Source: a virus
DNA: 64,000 nucleotides
Direction: 5' to 3' (one strand)
Virus record (IMG/VR): IMGVR_UViG_3300027759_000075
Span: 10,333 to 74,332 of that record
The notes beneath the pieces were generated by a model that was given only the letters and a program-made list of their open reading frames with translations, ran no database searches and was not told where the DNA came from. Position numbers and translations under genes: made by a program. Below are positions 18,007-28,272 of this stretch, one piece after another; the first letter of the stretch is position 1, and each line of letters opens with the position of its first letter.

Positions 18007-19686
18007 TTATGCTCCACTTAGTCGTTGTTCAATACTGGTTCTTTCGGCGTCGCTCAATAATTCAGGATCATACTCACCAGTACTAATCTTACTGATAAGA
18101 TGATCAATATATGCAGCATCATAGGCATGTTGGTCGCTTAGGGCTTTGTCTACTTCAATCCAAATGTTGCCATTAAATTTATACAACGCACTTGGCAATC
18201 GATCCACACGCAAAAACATATCGCCTTTGCCGGGATTGGCTGGAAATTGTGTACCAAATCCCTTGACTTCTCCTGAATGAGGAATGTTGTCAGCTATTAG
18301 TCCAAGTTGTGCCTGATAGTCAGGATGATAGTCTGGGGTGTTCCATGGCAAGTCAGTAATATGGCCAGCATCGTATAAAGATCTTTGTTTTTTAATTGTA
18401 TCTCCGGGATTAGCCGTCTTCCATGCTCGTTGTGCTTCTTTTTCTGCATCGGTGGTGCCATCTTCATGATCATCCGTCGTTTCTTCGTTCACTAATAGCG
18501 TGTCAATTATTTGTGGTTCAACAGGAGCATGCTCGGCTTCGGAATCTTTTTTGAATACACTTGTGGCACGGCTCCACATTGCGTCTAGACTGGATAATAC
18601 ATTTTTCTTTTTGTTTTCTTGAGGAACTAATTGCGCAATTTGTTCAATCTGCTCGTCGGTTATAGGACTATCGTCGGGTTCATACGTAGGAGCGGCGGGC
18701 TCAAAATATTCATTTTCTGCGGCTGTGTTGGATTGATTTTCAACCATAGGTTCAAGGTGATCCACAGCCGAGGTAGTAAAAGTGCTTGGCGTTTCGTGTT
18801 GTGTTTCTTGTTTTTTATCCCAAAAACGGGCACGTTCCTTGGCACGATCAAACCACGACTCTGTATCTGTGTCTTTGTCTTTATTGTCAGTGACTTTACC
18901 ATTCTTCTTGGTGGGTGCTAGTATATTAATACCACGTTCCCATTCAAAGGTCTTGGTGGCGGCCAATAACAGCGTAAGTGCCAGCGGGTCAAACACAATG
19001 ACAATTAAAATAATTACCCAGCGTACTGCTTTTTCCAACAAGTTGGCGTCGGGGTTGTCGCCGTAGATCAGTGCGGCAATGTATTTGATAGGACCCACTT
19101 CGGCTTCTACCTGACGTGCTTGGCTGGCAATAGGAGCTCGTTGCTCTTGTAGCCGGGTGATTTCTGTTTGTGCTTTTGAGATATCATTTTGCAAGGCTGT
19201 GCGTTCACGAGCTTGGCTACGACGGATTGCCACTGCCTTGTCTGCACCTTTTTCATCTGAACTACGACCCATAACTTGGTCTACAGCACTATCTATCTGT
19301 GTCAAGGCCGCACGGGCTGTTTTGATGTTATCTTTTTGTGTTTGAATCTTGTCGTCAAATATTTGAACTTGAGCTTGTATATCACCTGACGGAACTGCCT
19401 GGTCAAGGTGTGCTTTGCTTAAGAAACCAAACACACCCATACTGGTCAACACCATGAGAATAATCACTGCACTACATAGATAAAGTTTATATTGTAGTTC
19501 GGCCCGAGTCCAATACTTGTGAAGCCACAAGGTTGTTACTATCTTGCCAATCTCAAGACTGCTGCCGAGCACCACAATGGGCCAAAAAGCCGCGGCAAAG
19601 ATAGCTGTTAGACCAAGAATAGAATATACTGCCGCCGACATTGACAATATCAAGGCTGTAAATAAAGTTAGGTATCCGAACATCAT
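18007..19686 (-). CDS. Membrane protein with periplasmic coiled coil, acidic linker and globular C-terminal domain
   Basis: Several N-terminal TM segments, long heptad region, TM (IVFDPLA), C-terminal FPANPGKGDMFLR..LYKFNGNIW; TAAATA 7 nt before the ATG. Confidence 0.65.
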   Translation of the reverse strand: MMFGYLTLFTALILSMSAAVYSILGLTAIFAAAFWPIVVLGSSLEIGKIVTTLWLHKYWTRAELQYKLYLCSAVIILMVLTSMGVFGFLSKAHLDQAVPSGDIQAQVQIFDDKIQTQKDNIKTARAALTQIDSAVDQVMGRSSDEKGADKAVAIRRSQARERTALQNDISKAQTEITRLQEQRAPIASQARQVEAEVGPIKYIAALIYGDNPDANLLEKAVRWVIILIVIVFDPLALTLLLAATKTFEWERGINILAPTKKNGKVTDNKDKDTDTESWFDRAKERARFWDKKQETQHETPSTFTTSAVDHLEPMVENQSNTAAENEYFEPAAPTYEPDDSPITDEQIEQIAQLVPQENKKKNVLSSLDAMWSRATSVFKKDSEAEHAPVEPQIIDTLLVNEETTDDHEDGTTDAEKEAQRAWKTANPGDTIKKQRSLYDAGHITDLPWNTPDYHPDYQAQLGLIADNIPHSGEVKGFGTQFPANPGKGDMFLRVDRLPSALYKFNGNIWIEVDKALSDQHAYDAAYIDHLISKISTGEYDPELLSDAERTSIEQRLSGA

Positions 19687-19696
19687 AGAGTAATAT

Positions 19697-19921
19697 TTAT
19701 TTAGATTTTTGGTCGTTGATTGAGAGATTATAGTCTCGTTCAGCGTGTACAAGACGGTGTTCTAAACGATCAACACGACGTTGCAAATTAACTGTACGTA
19801 TCAATAATAAGACCAATGCCACTACTACTAAAGTAAAGGTTAGACCCCAACCGGCGATGATTCCATAGGTCCAATACCAAAGACTATCAACACCATCAGC
19901 TAATAGTTTGATAGGATTCAT
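19697..19921 (-). CDS. Small membrane protein with coiled-coil tail
   Basis: 74 aa; TM segment followed by LQRRVDRLEHRL. Confidence 0.6.
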   Translation of the reverse strand: MNPIKLLADGVDSLWYWTYGIIAGWGLTFTLVVVALVLLLIRTVNLQRRVDRLEHRLVHAERDYNLSINDQKSK

Positions 19922-20112
19922 TCGGGTTTACCACCCGTACAACTTCCTCCACTAAACCATTCTTCCTCGGCTTGAACACGATATACAGCTAGGTCGTATT
20001 CATCTTTTTTAACACGATACTGGTCTTCAGTCAGGGCATGCCACCCACAACAACGACCTGTTGGGCTACGACCACATCCGCACTGTCCTACTGTTTCTGG
20101 TTTGGCTTGCAT
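19918..20112 (-). CDS. CDGSH-like iron-sulfur/zinc-binding small protein
   Basis: CGCGRS....C.GWH resembles the C-x-C-x2-S-x4-C-D-G-S-H 3Cys-1His ligand set. Confidence 0.6.
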   Translation of the reverse strand: MQAKPETVGQCGCGRSPTGRCCGWHALTEDQYRVKKDEYDLAVYRVQAEEEWFSGGSCTGGKPE

Positions 20113-20786
20113 TAGTCTTTCCTTCCGCCAAACAACTGTAACAAGCTCAAGAACAGGTTGATGAAATCCAGGTACAAGCTAAGGGCACCTAGCACTTCTT
20201 CGCGGCCAGTGTCAGTATCTTGAGATACCAACTGACGAATTGTTTGTGTGTCGTATGCAGTTAGTCCCAGAAAGATAATGATAGCAACGGCACTGATAAC
20301 CATTTGCAATACTGTGCTACCAATAAAAATATTAACAATGCTGGCAATAACAATAGCAATTAGTCCTACAAACATAAAAGAACCAACACTAGTCAAATCC
20401 TTTTTAGTGAAGTAACCATACATGCTCATGGTTGCAAACAATACTGCACCGCCCATGAACGCTGTAAAGATACTGCCCATAGTAAACACAGCAAAGATTG
20501 TGGCAAAACTCAAGCCCATCAATGCGGCAAATGCCTGCAAGAACACTTGCAATTCAAACTTGCTGAACCGTTCTGCGGCAAACGACATTATTAAAATAGC
20601 TGCCAGTGGAGCAAAAATTACAACCCATTTTGTAACACCTGTAAAAAAGAACTGTAATAACTCGGGGCTGGTGCCTACAACGTAACTCACAATCATTGAT
20701 ACAACAACGGCAAGACTCATGTAACCATACACACGACCCATTGCTTCGTTAATACCTGCGGCACTGCGATAAACTGCTGTATTCAT
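20112..20786 (-). CDS. Bax inhibitor-1/YccA-family membrane protein
   Basis: About 7 TM segments; YGYFTKKDL, LTAYDTQ and GALSLYLDFINLF motifs. Confidence 0.92.
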   Translation of the reverse strand: MNTAVYRSAAGINEAMGRVYGYMSLAVVVSMIVSYVVGTSPELLQFFFTGVTKWVVIFAPLAAILIMSFAAERFSKFELQVFLQAFAALMGLSFATIFAVFTMGSIFTAFMGGAVLFATMSMYGYFTKKDLTSVGSFMFVGLIAIVIASIVNIFIGSTVLQMVISAVAIIIFLGLTAYDTQTIRQLVSQDTDTGREEVLGALSLYLDFINLFLSLLQLFGGRKD

Positions 20787-20796
20787 ACGTTTCTCC

Positions 20797-21969
20797 TTAA
20801 ATTAATATGGATGCTACAATCTTTTCCAAAGATTCAATAGGATCCCACGGCCGACAAAATTTTTCACGATTTGCACGACCTTCTTTAGTATCTGGATCAT
20901 AGTCAATCCAACTAAACTCTGTGCCATCACACTCAGGGCAATGATCATCGTAGTTGTCGTCTGTACGGCGATCTGACCCCATTCCTATCCAACCACACTC
21001 TTTATTGTCGCAAACAACATCTACTGGCTCTGGGGGTTGATTGACCCAACTACTTGTGTCCCAATTATAACCGCTCCAAGACTCTACACCCGACTGTGGT
21101 TTAAACTTGCCGTATTCCCACTCGCCAAACTCTTTACCATCCCAGTACAAACTACCATAGGTTGTGCCAAAGTTGCTCCATACTGCACTATAATAACCTG
21201 GAATTGTTGGTTTAACTTTTTTAAACTTAAATGTTTCAGACTTTTCCCAAGTGCTTGGACTGGTACCATATTCGGGATGGCCCCAATCTTTTTCTTTGGG
21301 CTCGTAGCGTTCCCAATTGCCCTCATCATCAATAAGTCTAACCATAGTAAAGTCAGAACTTTTGCCGTCGGTGCTACCACCCCAGTTGTCAAGATCTTCA
21401 CCGTCGTACTGTACACCGCTAACAATTTCTTCGCCGTCAACTTCTTCGTAGCACAAGGTTAGCTTGGTGATGTCAAATGGTGCTGTAAGTTCAAAGTCTG
21501 ATTCATAGAATGTGCCTTTTTCATTTGAACTACCAACAAATACAATCTCGCCCTTTTTGCGAGATCCTATAAAGCATTCATCTGTGCATGACCAGTCTGG
21601 ACTGTCGTCGCTAGATCCATCTAACGCATCTAATGACTTTTCAAACACAGTATTGCCGTTTTCATCTTCAATCTGTAGTGTGCCACTATCGCGGCTAACA
21701 CCATTGGTGTGTGTCATGTCATCACACTCATACCATGATCCAGGAGGAAATGGCAACATATCTTCGTCAAGATCCATTTCTTCTGCGGCATCACTGTTCC
21801 ACGCAATGTCACTCAAGTCAACTTGATGCTCCATACAGTAATCCCAAACTTCTTGGGTTGTTGTGCCCATGACTCGTTCACCACCGTAACCCCACATACT
21901 AATTTTGTATGTGCGTGGAGTAAATTTTAGTGTTTCAATTAACTGTTCTTTTTCTGCTTGTGTTGCCAT
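20797..21969 (-). CDS. Acidic, Trp-rich hypothetical protein with C-terminal zinc ribbon
   Basis: 390 aa; CDNKEC...CPEC. Confidence 0.6.
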   Translation of the reverse strand: MATQAEKEQLIETLKFTPRTYKISMWGYGGERVMGTTTQEVWDYCMEHQVDLSDIAWNSDAAEEMDLDEDMLPFPPGSWYECDDMTHTNGVSRDSGTLQIEDENGNTVFEKSLDALDGSSDDSPDWSCTDECFIGSRKKGEIVFVGSSNEKGTFYESDFELTAPFDITKLTLCYEEVDGEEIVSGVQYDGEDLDNWGGSTDGKSSDFTMVRLIDDEGNWERYEPKEKDWGHPEYGTSPSTWEKSETFKFKKVKPTIPGYYSAVWSNFGTTYGSLYWDGKEFGEWEYGKFKPQSGVESWSGYNWDTSSWVNQPPEPVDVVCDNKECGWIGMGSDRRTDDNYDDHCPECDGTEFSWIDYDPDTKEGRANREKFCRPWDPIESLEKIVASILI

Positions 21970-22085
21970 TATTCGCCTCTAAAATGTTCTACCCAAAAAT
22001 AAACAATAGTTGCTACCATTGCGGCTACACTCATTGTAACTAGGCCTTCGATTAACCAAGTCTGTTCCATAAACCAATCAATCAT
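21969..22085 (-). CDS. 38-aa membrane micro-protein
   Basis: Read by hand; ATGA overlap with the ligase stop and TAATG overlap with the next gene. Confidence 0.5.
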   Translation of the reverse strand: MIDWFMEQTWLIEGLVTMSVAAMVATIVYFWVEHFRGE

Positions 22086-23461
22086 AATTTTTCTCCAGGT
22101 TCAAATCCACGAAAACGAACAAAACGAGGGAATCTTAAACTGTAAGTTCCGTCTTGATTTTGTGTGACTGCGTCTGCTTCAACTTCAACCACATTGCCAA
22201 GTAGCTGATCTCTGGCACTCCAATATTCATCACGATTAGCATCGGAAAGGCCACTGCCCACATTAACATTAATACGACGATCATTATCGACTCCTTCACA
22301 TATTATAGCACCCAAGCGGCCGGCATTGCGACCTGTGCCTTGTTCAAATCCAACAATATTTAAGTCTACCGTGATTGTAGGTTTCCATTTCATCCAGTGA
22401 GTTGATCTACGACATTCATATGGAGCACCCATGTCTTTTATAACAATACCTTCAAACCCGGCCGCCACAGAATCTTCTGCATAGCGACGCATGACATCAT
22501 GACCTTCGGCTGTAGCTAGGTCTACAGTAATACCGTCCATGATACGAACACAATCTGTAGCATCAAATACTGCGCGATATTCTTCCAAGATAGCCAGGCG
22601 TTTATATTGTTGGGCATTCCAAAAACCACGCTCAAAGTCGGCTAACGGTACAACATCAAACACACTATAAGTCATGCCATCTGTTTTGACATCTGTTTTG
22701 CGTTGTGCCTGCTTCATTAATGCTTGAAAACTTTCACCAATGATCTCACCATCTAATACAAACCCATGTTGGCTAGACTGTAATAGTTTGGCAAATTTAT
22801 TTCTAATATCTTCTAATGACTCTACAATCTGTGGAAAGTTATCAAACGGTTTGCCGTTACGGCTGTAAAGATTTACGGTGGTTTTAGTTACCACAGCCAA
22901 CACACGCACACCATCCAACTTCTGTTCCAGGCGTTTAATACCAGTCATCTTGGCTGTATGCTTTTCACTGTCTGTGGCCAGTTGACAAGTAAACACTGGA
23001 ATTTTCCATTCAGTATTACCAAGAACTTTGTTTAGAGTCTTTTCACTAATGCCACAGCGTAGGTCTTTAATAATAACTCTACGAGCAAGGTTGTTCCACT
23101 CTACTGAATCGAATTGTTCGCTCATGAACTCAATAGCTGTCTTGGCATTGTGTCCGGTTAGACTGCGAGTGCGTAGACCTTCCAGCATGGCCCAAAACTT
23201 TGGCCAAGGATTAGACTTGTGCTCTAGCCCTATAGTTTCTGGAACTTTCTTTACTCCAAATACATAGTAGGGGTTGTAGGCCTGATAGCAGTTGAACAAA
23301 AAGCATTGAGCATTAGACGACCCTAACTTACTTGCCATTAGGGCCTTTTCAATGACGGATTCTTTGTGTAAACGGCTGTCGCTTGATTCCAGGTCTCTAA
23401 TCCAGTCTGCGGCCACTTTGATCTCATTAAATTGCTCGGAGGTGAAGTCTATCGAGTCCAT
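22082..23461 (-). CDS. ATP-dependent DNA ligase (T4 gp30-like)
   Basis: EQKLDGVR (motif I), SRNGK, LDGEI, VFDVV, EGIVIK, WMKWKP, SLRFPRF. Confidence 0.95.
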   Translation of the reverse strand: MDSIDFTSEQFNEIKVAADWIRDLESSDSRLHKESVIEKALMASKLGSSNAQCFLFNCYQAYNPYYVFGVKKVPETIGLEHKSNPWPKFWAMLEGLRTRSLTGHNAKTAIEFMSEQFDSVEWNNLARRVIIKDLRCGISEKTLNKVLGNTEWKIPVFTCQLATDSEKHTAKMTGIKRLEQKLDGVRVLAVVTKTTVNLYSRNGKPFDNFPQIVESLEDIRNKFAKLLQSSQHGFVLDGEIIGESFQALMKQAQRKTDVKTDGMTYSVFDVVPLADFERGFWNAQQYKRLAILEEYRAVFDATDCVRIMDGITVDLATAEGHDVMRRYAEDSVAAGFEGIVIKDMGAPYECRRSTHWMKWKPTITVDLNIVGFEQGTGRNAGRLGAIICEGVDNDRRINVNVGSGLSDANRDEYWSARDQLLGNVVEVEADAVTQNQDGTYSLRFPRFVRFRGFEPGEKL

Positions 23462-23473
23462 TTATTTAATCAG

Positions 23474-24205
23474 TTAGTTGGAGACTGAAACTTGTCCTAT
23501 TACGGCACCAGGCTTTTTCAATGCTTCATCTCGACGTGCCTTGTATTCAGCATTGTCTACTGGCATCAAATTAAAAGTAGATGTGCCACCACTGGGTTGC
23601 ACTACACTAATCTCAGTACCTTTTTGTGGAGCGACCGGAGTTACTTCTACAGGTTTCTTAGCACCAGTAACTTCATCTAACTCTTTGAACGCTTCTGGAG
23701 CACGGGCCTGTGCATCTTTAGTAGCCTTCAACACATTCTTGTCACCAAGTGGCAGTGTAACCAACACATAGGTACGAATACGATTGCCTTCTGACACATG
23801 TTTCATTTCTACAGTCTCTACACCAGTGATGTCAACGTCGGCACACATGCTACGGATGGCCAATTCACTTTGATCCACACCAACATCGCCTGAATCGGAT
23901 TTGAACATCTTGGTTTGCTGACGGATCTTACCGCCTGCGGCTGTACAAATCTTTGCATAGGCCATGGTCTTGGCTTTGATATCAGCAAATCCAAAGTCGC
24001 TACTTGTGGCTGTGCCGTTTTCAAAGATATAGCCAGGTGCCTTGGGCAACTTGCTCATCCACTCTGGTGCTTGGCTGATTGCTGAACTCATTTGTGCAGT
24101 TTTTACACTGTCTTGACCAGAATACATAGCACTGTAATTGGTGCCTTTTGTACCACATGCTGTTAAAATACCTGTTACTGCTAGTGCAATTGCTACTTTT
24201 TTCAT
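23474..24205 (-). CDS. Lipoprotein (LPP20-like)
   Basis: Lipobox LTAC after a signal peptide; APEW motif; own TTGACA-17-TATAAT promoter at 24240-24268. Confidence 0.7.
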   Translation of the reverse strand: MKKVAIALAVTGILTACGTKGTNYSAMYSGQDSVKTAQMSSAISQAPEWMSKLPKAPGYIFENGTATSSDFGFADIKAKTMAYAKICTAAGGKIRQQTKMFKSDSGDVGVDQSELAIRSMCADVDITGVETVEMKHVSEGNRIRTYVLVTLPLGDKNVLKATKDAQARAPEAFKELDEVTGAKKPVEVTPVAPQKGTEISVVQPSGGTSTFNLMPVDNAEYKARRDEALKKPGAVIGQVSVSN

Positions 24206-24254
24206 TTTATTCCCCTTAGGGTTCGGTTTCAATAATAACATTATACTACAATCC

Positions 24255-24821
24255 TTACCATTTGTCAACTACCTGCCATTCATTACCATTCACTTGACAA
24301 ATAATACCCTGGCGTTGTAGTAAATCACGACCAGGGTGTACTTCAGGTTCAATAAACCATCTGCATTGAGCAGTTCGGTAAGCAAAAGGCTTTGGAAAGT
24401 GTGGGTGCGGACGCACTTCGCTTTCACGAACCGTTTCACCACGCTTGACTGTACGCACCTTTATTTCGGGTTGCTCGTTACATACCATGTTTTGTTCTAC
24501 TGCTAGATTAGCACCACCAGCTCTACTTAGTATCTGAATACGTCCAGAATCCACTGCACTAGCACATAGGTCCTTTTCACTGATCGATTTTGGACCAATC
24601 TTTTCTCCCTCGGCCGTAATCCACTGCCCATTTACTTGTGCCCTAAACATTACAATACACTTGTTCTGTGTAAAGGAAATAGGAACAACCAATGGCTCTA
24701 CATCAGCCACCGCGGTAATCGATATTGCGGTTTGGTTGGTCACAGCCGATCTGACATAGCAGTCGGCATACGCCGTACTAGTCATAGTCAATGCAAGAAT
24801 TACAGTTGTTTTACGGAACAT
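24255..24821 (-). CDS. Secreted Cys-containing hypothetical protein
   Basis: Signal peptide ending AYA; six Cys. Confidence 0.6.
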   Translation of the reverse strand: MFRKTTVILALTMTSTAYADCYVRSAVTNQTAISITAVADVEPLVVPISFTQNKCIVMFRAQVNGQWITAEGEKIGPKSISEKDLCASAVDSGRIQILSRAGGANLAVEQNMVCNEQPEIKVRTVKRGETVRESEVRPHPHFPKPFAYRTAQCRWFIEPEVHPGRDLLQRQGIICQVNGNEWQVVDKW

Positions 24822-25069
24822 GATGATCTCAAGGACCAAAGAACATTTTTCATCTGACCATACATTCTACGATCTTCCAAGGTAGTAGGGCGATCTTTAT
24901 AATACTCATTGTAACTGTTTATTTCTTGAGTTAGATAATCAATTTGAGTACGGGCTTGGCTACAGCTGGCCACAAAGTTTTTCATGTCAGGAGGATAATA
25001 TTTCTTCTCTGGCTGACTTGCACATCCAACCAAAAACACAATGCTGAGAATAATTAAATGTTTAATCAT
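24800..25069 (-). CDS. Small lipoprotein
   Basis: Lipobox LVGC. Confidence 0.65.
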   Translation of the reverse strand: MIKHLIILSIVFLVGCASQPEKKYYPPDMKNFVASCSQARTQIDYLTQEINSYNEYYKDRPTTLEDRRMYGQMKNVLWSLRSSCSVKQL

Positions 25070-25220
25070 TTTGTTGGTGACGATATTCGCGCTTTAACCA
25101 AAATTTATACATACGAAAATATGTATCAGCATCACATGGAGTGTATCCTAACTCTATAGCTTCATCTTTGTGATCCATGTAGATTTTTTGCAACCAACGT
25201 CTAAAGGCAGATTGTTTCAT
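25062..25220 (-). CDS. 52-aa hypothetical protein (MKQSAFRRWLQKIYMDHKDE...)
   Basis: Read by hand; ATGA overlap; GGAG SD. Confidence 0.55.
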   Translation of the reverse strand: MKQSAFRRWLQKIYMDHKDEAIELGYTPCDADTYFRMYKFWLKREYRHQQND

Positions 25221-25405
25221 TTCTTCTCCATGATGTGTTTAATCACTGCAGAGGCTTCTGGAAAACCTTGTTTTTCTTTTGCGGTCACTGTTAATTCAAT
25301 CATTTGTCGTTGGGTTTCGTGTAGACCTGATACAAAGGTCATAATCTGATCTCGGGTCAGGACCTGACGAAGTGACGTAATTATGTCTTTTTTCTTAGAA
25401 TCCAT
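25217..25405 (-). CDS. Hypothetical early protein
   Basis: 62 aa; GAGGAG SD; coupled. Confidence 0.6.
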   Translation of the reverse strand: MDSKKKDIITSLRQVLTRDQIMTFVSGLHETQRQMIELTVTAKEKQGFPEASAVIKHIMEKK

Positions 25406-25557
25406 TACACTGTCTCCTCATTACAGTCACGGGCAAAGATACGGGCCACATCTTCCTGGGTCACATAGTCTTTGAAGTAGATGTAAGTCCCTTCTTGGCT
25501 ACGACCCAGGGCCTGCCATTCCATGATTTCGATTTCAATATCTTTATAAAAACCCAT
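25405..25557 (-). CDS. 50-aa hypothetical early protein (MGFYKDIEIEIMEWQALG...)
   Basis: Read by hand; TAATG overlaps at both ends; GGAG SD. Confidence 0.6.
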   Translation of the reverse strand: MGFYKDIEIEIMEWQALGRSQEGTYIYFKDYVTQEDVARIFARDCNEETV

Positions 25558-25877
25558 TATACCATCTCCCCATAGGCCTGTACATCACCATCAGCGGACC
25601 ACTCGGCATATTCTTTAGGGTCAACAGTATTGTCAAATTCTGCTTCGTCAACTACCCAACCCTGGCGACGTAGTTCTTCACGACCAACAAAGGTCTCTTT
25701 CATTGCATCCATAGTGTCGTGGATACGGGTAATCTGTGCTTCTAACCACTCACGGTTGTTCCAGTCTTCACTACTACCAAGGGTGCGTGGACGGAAACCA
25801 TAAAAGTCCTTGTGGAAGTCACTGAAGTAGCCTTGTAATTCTTCTACATTGTACTGGGCTAAATGGTTCTGTGTCAT
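25557..25877 (-). CDS. Hypothetical early protein
   Basis: SDFHKDFYGFRPR motif; first gene after an early promoter. Confidence 0.7.
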   Translation of the reverse strand: MTQNHLAQYNVEELQGYFSDFHKDFYGFRPRTLGSSEDWNNREWLEAQITRIHDTMDAMKETFVGREELRRQGWVVDEAEFDNTVDPKEYAEWSADGDVQAYGEMV

Positions 25878-25881
25878 ATCT

Positions 25882-25937
25882 GCTCCTTATTATTAACTAT
25901 ACAACTATTATAACAAATCGGGCATTTTTGGTCAACC
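25882..25937 (-). promoter_or_regulatory. Early promoter/RBS cassette, copy 1
   Basis: TTGACC-17-TATAAT plus AAGGAG; 53 of 56 nt identical to 55820-55875. Confidence 0.85.
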
Positions 25938-26209
25938 TAGCTGTTTACAGTAGCAAACGGGCTAAAATCTTCAGATTTAGACTGTTGTTTTTCCGCAACA
26001 AAGTCGTAAGCATATTCACCGGTGCTGAGTATTTTAGGAGTTACTTGAACACGGCCTACTCCATAGTTTTTACTCAACATATGGAAAACTTGGCGAGCTT
26101 CTTTTTCGTTTATACTACCCACAAATAAAGTGCCATTATAAAATTCAGCTAGATCATCTTGTTTAAGAGTGTCGGCTACTTGATTTAATACAATTGATTC
26201 AAATCCCAT
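25937..26209 (-). CDS. Hypothetical early protein
   Basis: AAGGAG SD; own early promoter. Confidence 0.65.
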   Translation of the reverse strand: MGFESIVLNQVADTLKQDDLAEFYNGTLFVGSINEKEARQVFHMLSKNYGVGRVQVTPKILSTGEYAYDFVAEKQQSKSEDFSPFATVNS

Positions 26210-26239
26210 CATCTGCTCCTTTATTTTCACTATACAAGT

Positions 26240-26268
26240 ATTATAGCAAATTGGGCATTTTGAGTCAA
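26240..26268 (-). promoter_or_regulatory. Early promoter, copy 2
   Basis: TTGACT-caaaatgcccaatttgc-TATAAT; spacer similar to copy 1. Confidence 0.8.
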
Positions 26269-26296
26269 CCGTTTGGGTGTGGCTTTTTTACAACAC

Positions 26297-27319
26297 CTAT
26301 TTGACTACTAAATTGGCGGCCTGTTGGGCTGTATAAGTAGAGGGGATTAAATTTGCTGTTGGAATAGGTGGGTTAGGAGTATCTGGAACAAAGGAACTAG
26401 TCTGTATGCCAGCATTACCTAGATATGCTAAGTTTTGCCCTTCTCTTAGTACTGCTACAACAGCCTGGCCCGTGAACGTGCTGATGATGGCAACCCCTTC
26501 CCAGAACTGTGCCATGCCACCTTGTTCGGTCTGTCGACCATAACTAGGCAAACTATTGATCAAACTGTAGACTGTGGGATTATTATTAGCAATAAGATTT
26601 CCAAAATCTATTTGGGCTGCTGATTGTAAATTTTGTTCTTGCACAATCTGTACGCCAAGAGAATTAAAATTTGAATTAAGAACGGCAACTTGTGCTGGAC
26701 TATTAGTGACAATATTTCCAATTTCGGGATATGTCACTGCAAATAATCCAGGCCCAGTAGCTGGAAGAACATTGCCGGTTCCATCATCGCCAGCACCGCC
26801 AGTAAATGCATTATCTGCCGCTGTAGCTACCACAGTAAGAACATTGCCCACATTAGCTATGTTTGCATAGTATGTTCCGGCAGCTGGTTGACCGCTAGGA
26901 ATTGTCACAGGGCCGTTGACTGGATTACCGTATACGCTACCGACTACACTATTCATGTTTTGATATATTGTGGTTAGATAGGTAGTGTTAGTATTTGCTA
27001 GGGTAGACACTGTATTAATAAAAATATCAGAAACTAGATATCCAGCGGCAATTCCTAAAACGTCACAAATGACAACTGAATTTCCATTAGAGGCGGCAAT
27101 ATTTGATAGATAGCTGGCCACATTAGCAGGAACTGCTTGTGTTAGTGCTGATATTTGGTCAAGATTATTAGTAGTTTGTAAATTAATAGTTGTATTAGCC
27201 AGCACTGGCAAAGTTATATTTTTAACGCCAGAGATTCGTTGAAGGCTGGTAGCCAACGCTTTAGCAGCCAAAGCCTGGTCTGGAGGAATAATTTGACTGA
27301 GTCTATCGTAGGTTATCAT
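26297..27319 (-). CDS. Probable baseplate/tail structural protein
   Basis: 340 aa rich in Asn/Thr/Ala/Gly; coupled downstream of the PAAR gene. Confidence 0.45.
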   Translation of the reverse strand: MITYDRLSQIIPPDQALAAKALATSLQRISGVKNITLPVLANTTINLQTTNNLDQISALTQAVPANVASYLSNIAASNGNSVVICDVLGIAAGYLVSDIFINTVSTLANTNTTYLTTIYQNMNSVVGSVYGNPVNGPVTIPSGQPAAGTYYANIANVGNVLTVVATAADNAFTGGAGDDGTGNVLPATGPGLFAVTYPEIGNIVTNSPAQVAVLNSNFNSLGVQIVQEQNLQSAAQIDFGNLIANNNPTVYSLINSLPSYGRQTEQGGMAQFWEGVAIISTFTGQAVVAVLREGQNLAYLGNAGIQTSSFVPDTPNPPIPTANLIPSTYTAQQAANLVVK

Positions 27320-28272
27320 ACTAGGCTACTTATTACGTAAGGTGGTAACTGTGTGGCCAATGCAGTATTAACCGACCCAACAGCATCAAGATATATTGCT
27401 CTAGGACCATTGGCCGTAGGTGCTGTTAGACTCTGATAACTGTTAGGAAATAATTTTAGTGGATTCAACAAGTCGGCCATAGTACTAATGCCCGTGGTAG
27501 TCACACCTAACACTGTTAAAACTTGATTTAAATTGTCTCCGGTAATTGTAGTCATTGCCTGATACATAAGTTTTTGTATACTGTCGGTCACTGACGTTGT
27601 TGGTCTGTTTATGTTCAGTACTATATCTGTTGATATACCAGCCGCAACAAACGCTTGTGATAAAATAGGAATAACTCCAGCCACGGAATACAATTGTTGT
27701 GTTAAGGCCAGCGGACTTCCAAAATTTCCAAGGTTGTTTAGATTGATTAATCTGCCTAAATTTTGTAGGTCAGTACCAAATGGGCCTGTAGCTAAATTTA
27801 CATTAGTAATCTCTCCAGTAGTCATACTATTCATCGAAGTGAATGTATCAGCAAGATAGGTTTGAGAATTTACTGCGCTATTAATGAATATGCTAGATTG
27901 TTCAGTATAAGACTGTGCTTGGTTGACTGCTTGTGCAAGTTTGCTAACATTATTACTACATATATCCACTGCGGCCTCTGCTAATACTGCTGTGGTCATT
28001 TGGGTGCCAAGACTACTGTATGCAGGAGGAATACTGTTGCTTAGTGCCGAACACGTATTAGCCGCCAAGGTTTCAACATTACTAATGACATTAGCTGATA
28101 ATATATTTCCAGTGGATCCCACACTGATTGTGCTTAACAACGGAGAAATTAACGATGTATTTTCGTAACTAGAAATTGCAGAAGTTAAGTTGGCACTAAT
28201 GCCAATGCCTTGATTTTGTAATAATCCTGCAGCAGCGTTAAGTTGTAATGCGGTTAAAGTTCCTGTGGCCAT
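27316..28272 (-). CDS. Probable baseplate/tail structural protein
   Basis: 318 aa rich in Ser/Thr/Asn/Leu; directly after PAAR. Confidence 0.45.
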   Translation of the reverse strand: MATGTLTALQLNAAAGLLQNQGIGISANLTSAISSYENTSLISPLLSTISVGSTGNILSANVISNVETLAANTCSALSNSIPPAYSSLGTQMTTAVLAEAAVDICSNNVSKLAQAVNQAQSYTEQSSIFINSAVNSQTYLADTFTSMNSMTTGEITNVNLATGPFGTDLQNLGRLINLNNLGNFGSPLALTQQLYSVAGVIPILSQAFVAAGISTDIVLNINRPTTSVTDSIQKLMYQAMTTITGDNLNQVLTVLGVTTTGISTMADLLNPLKLFPNSYQSLTAPTANGPRAIYLDAVGSVNTALATQLPPYVISSLV

